A stretch of 64,000 bases of DNA from Candidatus Izimoplasma sp. HR2. GTDB lineage: Bacteria; Bacillota_I; Bacilli_A; Izemoplasmatales; Izemoplasmataceae. The position numbers and the translations under genes were made by a program. This document shows, piece by piece, positions 40,361 to 48,353 of the stretch (its first letter is position 1; each line of letters begins with the position of its first letter). The notes under the pieces were generated by a model. It did no database searches. It was not told where the DNA came from and was given only the letters and a program-made list of their open reading frames with translations. Location of the stretch: assembly GCA_000753575.1 (NCBI GenBank), contig JRFF01000026.1:64238-128237 (forward strand). The letters run 5' to 3'.

Positions 40361-40402
40361 GGATGCGGGTACCCTTTTGGGAACCCCCAGCTCCACTAGA
40401 TG
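40361..40402 (+). repeat. Distal-most tmRNA-3'-end-like att remnant
   Basis: GGATGCGGGTACCCTTTTGGGAACCCCCAGCTCCACTAGATG. It has an 8-bp hairpin GGGTACCC/GGGAACCC in place of the T-arm, then CAGCTCCAC. Confidence 0.5.
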
Positions 40403-40409
40403 TAAGTAA

Positions 40410-40436
40410 AGTTTATTCTAGGGAATAGACTTTTTT
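40410..40436 (+). terminator. Intrinsic terminator
   Basis: AGTTTATTC/GAATAGACT hairpin followed by T6. Confidence 0.6.
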
Positions 40437-40541
40437 ATTAGAATAATAGTTATGTGATATACTAATTATTAAGAAAGACACATTAATTTTTTAAAAATAT
40501 TAGTAATAAATATATCATATAAAAAACTTTTGGAGGATATT

Positions 40542-41522
40542 ATGAAGAAAATATTGTTAGTTACTATCACAATTATAATATTTGTGTTAAGTGGCTGTGG
40601 TTTATATCAGGAAACTCCTGATGATATAAATTATAGACAAAGTATGAGAGATTTTGTTCAAGGTATAAGTGCATATGCTAAAGATAAAAATTCTGATTTT
40701 ATAATTATACCTCAAAACGGACATGAATTAATGACAGAAAATGGGGAAGAAACAGGAAAACCTGTAATGGAATATCTTAACGCCATTGATGGTGTTGGGA
40801 GAGAAGATTTATTTTATGGTTACAATAATGATAATATAAAAACAACAGTTTCTGAAAGAGAATATATGGAAACATTTATGGATATAGCTTTAAGTAATGG
40901 AATTAAAGTACTTGTAACTGATTATTGTTCTACAGAGTCATATATGAATGACTCATATAGTCAAAATGCAGTTAGAAATCATATATCATTTGCTGCAGAT
41001 CACCGTGAACTAGACAATATACCTGGATATCCAATAACTCCATTTAATATGAATAGTTTAAATATTACTTCATTAATTGAAGCAAAGAACTTTCTTTATT
41101 TACTTAACACAGCTTCTTTTAATTCAAAAGAAGCTTATTTAAGTGCAATTCATAATACAAATTATGACGTTATTATTATTGATTTATTCTTTTTTGATGA
41201 ATATGAGCTAACCGCTAGTGATGTAGAATCACTTAAAGTTAAACAAAATGGTGGAACACGGTTAGTAATAGCTTACATGAGTATTGGAGAAGCAGAAGAC
41301 TATAGATATTACTGGGAAAGTGACTGGGAAAATCATAGCCCAACATGGCTTTCTGAGGAAAATCCTAACTGGCCAGGCAACTATAAAGTTAAGTACTGGG
41401 ATGAAGCATGGCAAAGTTTAATATATGGAAACAACAATTCTTATCTTAAAAAGATTCTAGATGCAGAGTTTGATGGTGTGTATTTAGATATCATTGATGC
41501 ATACGAATATTTTGAAGATTAA
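40542..41522 (+). CDS. GH114/TM1410-family putative endo-alpha-1,4-polygalactosaminidase-like lipoprotein
   Basis: Lipobox VLSGC. IAYMSIGEAEDYRYYW...NPNWPGNYKVKYWD...FDGVYLDIID motifs typical of the family. Confidence 0.7.
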   Translation: MKKILLVTITIIIFVLSGCGLYQETPDDINYRQSMRDFVQGISAYAKDKNSDFIIIPQNGHELMTENGEETGKPVMEYLNAIDGVGREDLFYGYNNDNIKTTVSEREYMETFMDIALSNGIKVLVTDYCSTESYMNDSYSQNAVRNHISFAADHRELDNIPGYPITPFNMNSLNITSLIEAKNFLYLLNTASFNSKEAYLSAIHNTNYDVIIIDLFFFDEYELTASDVESLKVKQNGGTRLVIAYMSIGEAEDYRYYWESDWENHSPTWLSEENPNWPGNYKVKYWDEAWQSLIYGNNNSYLKKILDAEFDGVYLDIIDAYEYFED

Positions 41523-41587
41523 AAGCAAACTAAATAAGATCTGAATAAAAAAATAAGCTGATTTTTATTAATCAGCCTATTTTTTTA

Positions 41588-42235
41588 TTAGTTTTTAAAT
41601 CCTATGTAGATAATTATGAAGTATGCAATAGTTTTAGGTATCATGAATGCACCCAGTACAGGAATGAATCCACTACCCACAACAACTATTGTGTAGCACA
41701 CAAAGGATACAATAATCCATACACCCATTTTTTTAAATAATCTATATTCTTTTTCTTTACCTATTTTTAAGAATAAAACAACAATAAGTGAACCTAAAAT
41801 AGCGAATGGAATATTTCTTAGTATGCCATAGAATAAACTATTTCCATTGTTAATCCAATCATTTCCTGGTAATGCTAACAAGATAAATCGAATTATCATT
41901 AAAGTAATAATTGTTGTATGAATAGTTTGGCTATCTTTTTCTGTTAATAGTACATAGTAACGATAAATTAAATAGTAAAATATTGTCATTGTAATACCAG
42001 TAATTAGTTTTCCGATTCCTAGAGCCATTTGATAATCTTCTAGTCCTGTTGTTAAGTGAGCAATAATTCTAGGTATAAGATGAAATGAATCACCAAATCC
42101 TAATAAGAATCCCATAATACCAAATAACATAGTAGCTTTGTGGTGTTTCTTAATTCCTCTAGTAAAAATAATAATTGATAAGCTAATGACACTTACTAAA
42201 TATAATATATCAAAAGCGACTTCGAAATAGTTCAT
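41588..42235 (-). CDS. Seven-TM membrane protein, function unknown
   Basis: Hydrophobicity pattern. Translationally coupled to the upstream TetR gene. Confidence 0.5.
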   Translation of the reverse strand: MNYFEVAFDILYLVSVISLSIIIFTRGIKKHHKATMLFGIMGFLLGFGDSFHLIPRIIAHLTTGLEDYQMALGIGKLITGITMTIFYYLIYRYYVLLTEKDSQTIHTTIITLMIIRFILLALPGNDWINNGNSLFYGILRNIPFAILGSLIVVLFLKIGKEKEYRLFKKMGVWIIVSFVCYTIVVVGSGFIPVLGAFMIPKTIAYFIIIYIGFKN

Positions 42236-42789
42236 AATGTTTTCTCCTTGAGTGGTTTAATAATTTTCTCTAAAATAATTCTGAATGTATCATAAGAATA
42301 CCCAGTCATAGTTATTAATGAAATTAAATTGTTGCATATAAAATCTGAAATAACTTTAGCTTCTTCAGTATTAATTGAAAAATACAAATTTAGATCATTA
42401 ATTATAACTTTAACAAAGTGTTTTTGGGCTTTTTGATGGTGAGACTTTCCAGCTATTTTAAATGATGTAGATAGCTTTTTTGATAATATGGTATAGTTAA
42501 AAGTTTTACTGTATTTTTTCAGCATAAAGAAGTAAAAATCTATACGTTCAATAAAAGTTTTTCCCTTGAATTCCTTATTTGTGATTTCTTTTAGGAAAGA
42601 CATCCATAATTCCTGTGTGATATCTATTAAAATATCATCTTTATTTCCATAGTATTTATAGATTGTTCCCATCCCAATATTACACTCTCGTGAAATCATT
42701 CTAATACTAAACTTATCAACATTTTCAGATAGTAGAATTTCTTTAGCTGTATTATAAATTAATTCTTTTTGATTCTCTAGTTTTTTCAA
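42232..42789 (-). CDS. TetR/AcrR-family transcriptional regulator
   Basis: N-terminal HTH FSIRMISRECNIGMGTIYKYY. Confidence 0.85.
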   Translation of the reverse strand: MKKLENQKELIYNTAKEILLSENVDKFSIRMISRECNIGMGTIYKYYGNKDDILIDITQELWMSFLKEITNKEFKGKTFIERIDFYFFMLKKYSKTFNYTILSKKLSTSFKIAGKSHHQKAQKHFVKVIINDLNLYFSINTEEAKVISDFICNNLISLITMTGYSYDTFRIILEKIIKPLKEKTL

Positions 42790-42970
42790 TACATCACCTC
42801 ATTTGAACACCGTTCAAATATAGTCTACATTACTTGATTATCTTTGTCAATTCTTTTCTAAAATTTTAAGTTCTAAATTAATTTTTAGATTATATTTGAT
42901 CTTGTATTATTCACAAAAGTGTTAGAAAATGATATACTATGAAAAAGATATTAAAGGCGGAGATTAAATA

Positions 42971-44023
42971 ATGGATGATAATCAAGAAAAAGTACATAAG
43001 AGACGTGTTAGATATAAAGGAAAATATCCTAAATCTTATAAAGATAAATATAAAGAATTAAATCCAGAGAAATATGGAGATACTATAACACACGTTATTC
43101 AAAAGGGTAGTACACCTGCGGGTATGCATATTTCAATTTGTGTTAATGAAATACTAGATTTCTTACAAATTAAACCAGGACAAATTGGATTAGACGCAAC
43201 TTTAGGTTATGGAGGACATACTTTAGAAATGCTTAAATGTTTAGATTTTAAAGGTCATTTGTATGCACTTGATATAGACCCGGTTGAATTACCTAAAACA
43301 AGAGAGCGTTTAGAAAAGTTGGGATATGATGAGAAAATATTAACAATTAAGCAATTAAACTTTTCTAATATAGATTTAGTAATGGATGAGACAGAACAAT
43401 TTAATTTTGTATTAGCTGATCTTGGAGTATCATCAATGCAAATAGATAATCCTGAAAGAGGATTTTCATATAAAAAAGAAGGTCCACTTGATTTAAGAAT
43501 GAATCCAGAAGTTGGAGTATCAGCCGCAACTAGACTTAGAAGAATTTCACAACCTGCTTTAGAAGGTATGTTGATAGAAAACGCAGATGAACCTCATGCT
43601 GAAGTAATATCTAAGGCAATAATTTCTGAGATAAAAAAAGGAACTCATATTAATACAACGACTAAGCTGCAACAAATAATAAATGACGCTTTACAATTTA
43701 TTCCAAAAGGTAATAGAGATAAGGAAATTAAAAAGTCTTGTCAAAGATCTTTTCAAGCGTTACGAATTGATGTGAATAGAGAATTTGAAGCTATATATAA
43801 CTTCTTAGAAAAATTACCAGATATTTTAGCTCCTGGTGGACGAGTTGCAATACTTTCTTTCCACTCTGGTGAAGATCGTCTTGTAAAAAAATCTTTTAAG
43901 CGTTTATTAAGAGAAGGAGTATATAAAGAAATTGCTTCTGATATTATTAGACCATCAGCAGAAGAATGTAGTATTAATAGACGTGCCCGTTCTACTAAAA
44001 TGAGATGGGCTATAAAAGCTTGA
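42971..44023 (+). CDS. RsmH (MraW)-like SAM-dependent N4-cytosine rRNA methyltransferase paralog with basic N-terminal extension
   Basis: DATLGYGGHT, ADLGVSSMQID and SFHSGEDRLVK motifs. It is not in a dcw/mraZ context. Confidence 0.7.
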   Translation: MDDNQEKVHKRRVRYKGKYPKSYKDKYKELNPEKYGDTITHVIQKGSTPAGMHISICVNEILDFLQIKPGQIGLDATLGYGGHTLEMLKCLDFKGHLYALDIDPVELPKTRERLEKLGYDEKILTIKQLNFSNIDLVMDETEQFNFVLADLGVSSMQIDNPERGFSYKKEGPLDLRMNPEVGVSAATRLRRISQPALEGMLIENADEPHAEVISKAIISEIKKGTHINTTTKLQQIINDALQFIPKGNRDKEIKKSCQRSFQALRIDVNREFEAIYNFLEKLPDILAPGGRVAILSFHSGEDRLVKKSFKRLLREGVYKEIASDIIRPSAEECSINRRARSTKMRWAIKA

Positions 44024-44208
44024 TAATATTTTAATGAAATAAAACTTATTTTTAAAGAGACACTATAATGAAAATTATAGGTGTCTTTTTTTATTTGCTT
44101 CTTTGTTAATATACTTCATCTAAGAATTCTAAGAAAATATTGTGAAAAAGTATGTAATAAATGTGGAAGAAAATTTCATATGTGTAATAATATTTCATAT
44201 ATATATCA

Positions 44209-44256
44209 ATGTAACCGTTTTTATTATTTGACAAATTTAGAGTAAACGGTTATAAT
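44209..44256 (+). promoter_or_regulatory. Promoter of the BMC operon with two LacI-type operator half-palindromes
   Basis: TTGACA (44228-44233), 17-nt spacer, TATAAT (44251-44256). TGTAACCGTTT (44210-44220) and GTAAACGGTTA (44242-44252) are inverted copies centred on CG. Confidence 0.6.
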
Positions 44257-44322
44257 ATAAGATAATAAGCATATATAGAATATGAAAGAAAATTACATTC
44301 ATTGTAAAAGGGGGTGTAGCTT

Positions 44323-45348
44323 ATGATAAAGAATAAAGATGTCGCAATAAAAGCTGGAGTATCTGTAGCTACAGTTTCTAGGGTGATGAATGATAGTGGT
44401 TATGTTAAAGACGAGACCAAAAGGATTGTATTCAAAGCGTTTGATGAACTAGCTAATCAAGATAGAATATTAGTTCATTCAATAAAGAATACTAAGACGA
44501 ATATCATCGGTGTTGTTATACCTGATATATCAAATCCATTCTTTGGAGAAGTAATTAAAGGAATATCAAAAGTAGCTGACAAGATGAATGTCAGTTTATT
44601 AGTATGTAATACAGAAGAAGAAATTGAAAAAGAATTAAAATATCTAGATTTATTTAAAACGAATAACATTATGGGATTGATAATTACTCCTAAAACAGAT
44701 CAAGTTGGATACAATTCTAAATACTTATACCAACTAGAAGATATTGGAGTACCTGTTGTACTACTAGACCGTGGTATTAACATCTCTCATTTTAATTCAG
44801 TATTCGTAAATAATATATCTGGATCTTTTGATGCAGTAAATACATTTATTAAAGAAGGTCATAAAGATATTGCTATAATCTCAGGACCTATGTCAAGTAA
44901 ACCTGGTAGAGAGAGATTTTATGGATATGAGAATGCTTTGAAAAGTAATGATATGGAAGTAAATAATGATTATGTATTTTATGGAGATTTCAAACTTGAA
45001 AGCGGATATAAAATGACAAAGCAAATACTAAAACTTAAGAAAAGACCTACTGCTATATTCTCAGCAAACAATATGATGACTCAAGGATGTGTTAAGGCAC
45101 TTGTTGAAAGTGGATTATCTATCCCTAAAGATATGGCATTAATCGGATTTGATGATGTTGATATGTTTGAAATAATGAATATGGGTATTTCAACAGTATC
45201 AAGACCAACTGAATTAATGGGAGAAGTAGCCGCAGAGATGTTATTTGATTTAATAGAAGATGAGCAAGTAAAACCTACATCAATTAATGAAGTTTTACTT
45301 GAAACAAAATTAATTTTAAGAGGATCTGAAAAACTAATTACAAGATAA
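44323..45348 (+). CDS. LacI-family transcriptional regulator
   Basis: IKDVA..AGVS.ATVSRV HTH and a periplasmic-binding-protein-like effector domain. Confidence 0.9.
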   Translation: MIKNKDVAIKAGVSVATVSRVMNDSGYVKDETKRIVFKAFDELANQDRILVHSIKNTKTNIIGVVIPDISNPFFGEVIKGISKVADKMNVSLLVCNTEEEIEKELKYLDLFKTNNIMGLIITPKTDQVGYNSKYLYQLEDIGVPVVLLDRGINISHFNSVFVNNISGSFDAVNTFIKEGHKDIAIISGPMSSKPGRERFYGYENALKSNDMEVNNDYVFYGDFKLESGYKMTKQILKLKKRPTAIFSANNMMTQGCVKALVESGLSIPKDMALIGFDDVDMFEIMNMGISTVSRPTELMGEVAAEMLFDLIEDEQVKPTSINEVLLETKLILRGSEKLITR

Positions 45349-45361
45349 GGAGTTAATAATT

Positions 45362-46180
45362 ATGGATAAAAGAGATATTGAAGAGATTGTAAGAAACGAG
45401 ATTGTTAAAAGTGTTTTAGACAGTCAAGAATTCATTATTGCAGGAAACTGGAAAATGAATAAATCAAAACAAGAGGTTATATCATTTTTAGATGACGTAG
45501 CTAATCATGACTTTGGAGATAAGAACAAAATCATTATTGCTCCACCTAATCCTTATCTATATTTATTTGAGGAAAAATTAAGATACAGCAAAGTTCTTTA
45601 TGGTGTTCAAAACTTATTCCCTAAAGAAAGTGGTGCTTTCACAGGAGAGTTATCATATGCAGTAGCAAAAGAGTTTGGTGCTAAATATGCAATTATAGGA
45701 CATTCAGAAAGAAGAACGTTATTTGATGAATGTGATATATTAGTTTCTAAGAAAGTAAGAATTTGTGTCCAAAATCAAATTATCCCAATTCTTTGTATCG
45801 GTGAAAACCTAGATCAAAGAAGAAGTGGAGACTATAGACAACACTTATCTAATCAAATTAGAGAAGGGTTAATTAGAATTAGTGGAAACGAATTACAGGA
45901 TGTAATTATTGCTTATGAACCAATATGGGCAATAGGAACAGGTGAAACAGCTTCACCTGCTCAAGTAGAAGAAACTCATATGTTTATAAGAGAATTTCTA
46001 GTAAATGAATATGGAAATGATTTAGGAAAAGATATTCCGTTGTTATACGGAGGTAGTGTGAAACCATCAAACGTAAAAGAATTAGCACTTGCTCAAAGTG
46101 TTTCTGGATTCTTGATTGGTGGCGCAAGCTTAGAAGCTAGCACAATTATAGAAATAAACGACATATTAAGTAATAAATAA
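45362..46180 (+). CDS. tpiA: Triosephosphate isomerase paralog with about 24-aa N-terminal amphipathic extension
   Basis: AGNWKMN, IGHSERR and AYEPIWAIGTG motifs. The extension is MDKRDIEEIVRNEIVKSVLDSQEF. Confidence 0.9.
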   Translation: MDKRDIEEIVRNEIVKSVLDSQEFIIAGNWKMNKSKQEVISFLDDVANHDFGDKNKIIIAPPNPYLYLFEEKLRYSKVLYGVQNLFPKESGAFTGELSYAVAKEFGAKYAIIGHSERRTLFDECDILVSKKVRICVQNQIIPILCIGENLDQRRSGDYRQHLSNQIREGLIRISGNELQDVIIAYEPIWAIGTGETASPAQVEETHMFIREFLVNEYGNDLGKDIPLLYGGSVKPSNVKELALAQSVSGFLIGGASLEASTIIEINDILSNK

Positions 46181-46220
46181 GTCGTATCTATATAAATAAA
46201 CTATAGAAAGGTCGTGGAAT

Positions 46221-46913
46221 ATGGAAGTAAAAAATCTTGATAAACTTGCTAAGGTAGTTACCGACAACATATTTGAGAAATTAGATTTTAAAACTGATTT
46301 TAAAATCAGTGACAAATCATGTTTGATTTTAGTTCCTAACATTGGATTAGGATTTAAAGAATATCTTAATTTCATTATTAAGAATTATCCAAACAATGAT
46401 TTATATTTAGGATCAAGTGAAGAGTTCTCAAAAACATATCATATTGAAAACAACAGGAATTTAAAATTCATAAATTTTGATATTAAAAATAGTGAATTTA
46501 TAAATATTCTTGATGCAGTCGAAACTATCATAATTCTTGGACTTAAAATAAATCAGTTAAAAGCTTTATCAGAAACTGACGACCTTGATGATATTAATCA
46601 TATTATATTAGAAAGTTTAATGTCTAATAAATCAATAAATATCATGATAAATACAAATGGATTAATGTTCAATAAAATAGCAAATATAGTTTATGAAATC
46701 AGAAATATTGGAATTAACGTAACAAATATTCAACAAAGTAATGTATCGGCATTAAATGATATTGATTTAATCACAGAAAGCTATGTATTAAATTTAAGAG
46801 AAAACGGATTAAAGTCATTAATAATGAGTAGAAAACAATTAATTACTCCACTCGCAAAAGATAAACTACGCGAATTTAAAATTGGAATTGAATATAATGA
46901 GGAGGCTAAATAA
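46221..46913 (+). CDS. Hypothetical BMC-locus protein with encapsulation-peptide-like N-terminus
   Basis: 230 aa, no motif recognised. N-terminal NLDKLAKVVTDNIFEKL helix. C-terminal LITPLAKDKLREF resembles a short motif I recall in EutQ-type proteins. Confidence 0.5.
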   Translation: MEVKNLDKLAKVVTDNIFEKLDFKTDFKISDKSCLILVPNIGLGFKEYLNFIIKNYPNNDLYLGSSEEFSKTYHIENNRNLKFINFDIKNSEFINILDAVETIIILGLKINQLKALSETDDLDDINHIILESLMSNKSINIMINTNGLMFNKIANIVYEIRNIGINVTNIQQSNVSALNDIDLITESYVLNLRENGLKSLIMSRKQLITPLAKDKLREFKIGIEYNEEAK

Positions 46914-48340
46914 TGAGTACAAATGATTTAATAAAACAACTAACTGAAGAGATGGAAAGAAAATACGGGAATGATGTAGTTACTAAACCTAACACACCTA
47001 CTAATAGTTATAATACAGGGTATGTAGGTATCTTTGAAAATGTAGAAGATGCAATACTCGCAGCAAAAGAATCACAAAAACAACTAATGGAATTAAGCAT
47101 GAAGAAACGTAAAGAAATTATTGAAGCTATGCGTAAAGCAAGTTTAGAAAACGCTGAGAAGTTAGCTATAATGGCTCATGAAGAAACAGGATTTGGTAGA
47201 GTAGCAGATAAGATCATTAAAAATGTACTCGCAGCTGAAAAAACTCCTGGTACTGAAGATTTAAGCTCAAGTACTTTTACTGGAGATGACGGGATGACTT
47301 TGGTTGAACTAGCACCTTATGGAGTAATTGGTTCAATAACTCCATCAACTAATCCTAGTTCAACAATAATTAATAATAGTATTAGTATGGTTGCTGCTGG
47401 GAATGGTGTTGTTTATAACCCACATCCAAGCGCAAAAAAAGTTACATCTGAAACTATATCAATATTAAATAAAGCAATTAGTTCTGTAGGAGGACCAAGA
47501 GAATTACTTACAGCACCACTTACACCAACAATGGATACTAGTAAAGTAATAATGACACATAAAGATGTTAGAATCTTAGTAGTAACTGGTGGAGAAGCAG
47601 TTGTTGGAGTAGCTATGAAAAGTGGTAAAAAAGTAATCGCAGCTGGACCTGGTAACCCTCCTGTAATAGTAGATGAAACTGCTAATATTAAAAAAGCAGC
47701 TAATGATGTTTTTAGAGGAGCAAGCTTTGATAACAATATTTTATGTATTGCTGAAAAAGAAGCATTTGTAATTAATAGTGTAATTAATGAATTTAAACAA
47801 GAAATGGTAAGTAATGGAGCTTACGAACTTAAGCGTCATGAAATAGATTTAGTAACTGAAGAAGTATTTACTAAAAATAAAAATGGAGATACTGTTGTTA
47901 ATAGAAAACATGTAGGAAAATCTGCAGTTGAAATATTAAAAGCATGTAACATTATGGTTCATCAAGATATTAGATTAATAACTGCTGAAGTATCTGAAAA
48001 TCATCCATTTATTACAGTTGAAATGTTAATGCCAGTTCTTGGAATAGTAAGAGTTTACTCAATAGACGAAGCTATAGAAAAAGCAGTAATAGCTGAAGAC
48101 GGTTGTCTTCATACAGCTATTATGCATAGTGAATCTGTATCTAATTTAACTAAAGCAGCACGCGCTTTAAATACATCAATCTTTGTAAAAAATGCTCCAT
48201 CATTTGCAGGATTAGGAATTGAAGGAGAAGGATTTACTACTCTTACAATTGCAACACCTACAGGAGAAGGATTAACTTCTGCTAGAAGTTTTACAAGAAT
48301 AAGAAGATGTACATTATCTGGTGGATTTAGAATTGTATAA
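46913..48340 (+). CDS. CoA-acylating aldehyde dehydrogenase (PduP/EutE family) with N-terminal encapsulation peptide
   Basis: NDLIKQLTEEMERKY helix plus a linker, then an EutE-like core with catalytic CIAEKE. Confidence 0.88.
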   Translation: MSTNDLIKQLTEEMERKYGNDVVTKPNTPTNSYNTGYVGIFENVEDAILAAKESQKQLMELSMKKRKEIIEAMRKASLENAEKLAIMAHEETGFGRVADKIIKNVLAAEKTPGTEDLSSSTFTGDDGMTLVELAPYGVIGSITPSTNPSSTIINNSISMVAAGNGVVYNPHPSAKKVTSETISILNKAISSVGGPRELLTAPLTPTMDTSKVIMTHKDVRILVVTGGEAVVGVAMKSGKKVIAAGPGNPPVIVDETANIKKAANDVFRGASFDNNILCIAEKEAFVINSVINEFKQEMVSNGAYELKRHEIDLVTEEVFTKNKNGDTVVNRKHVGKSAVEILKACNIMVHQDIRLITAEVSENHPFITVEMLMPVLGIVRVYSIDEAIEKAVIAEDGCLHTAIMHSESVSNLTKAARALNTSIFVKNAPSFAGLGIEGEGFTTLTIATPTGEGLTSARSFTRIRRCTLSGGFRIV

Positions 48341-48353
48341 TAGGAGTGAATAA

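Larger units (their letters stand above)
21368..40402 (+). mobile_element. ssrA-anchored genomic-island accretion zone (several cargo modules, each ending in a tmRNA-3'-end-like remnant; no integrase seen)
   Basis: Degenerate copies of GGAC-hairpin-CAACTCCAC(CAAT) occur in six intergenic regions between 22.7 and 40.4 kb, all in the same orientation as ssrA. One carries an exact 14-mer. I saw none in the other intergenic regions I read. Confidence 0.5.

Noticed and set aside
40341-40529. c-di-GMP (GEMM) or other riboswitch upstream of the GH114 lipoprotein gene
   Set aside because: The GC-rich segment matches the tmRNA-end-like remnant family, not the GEMM-I/II consensus as I remember it. It is followed by a terminator belonging to the upstream gene.
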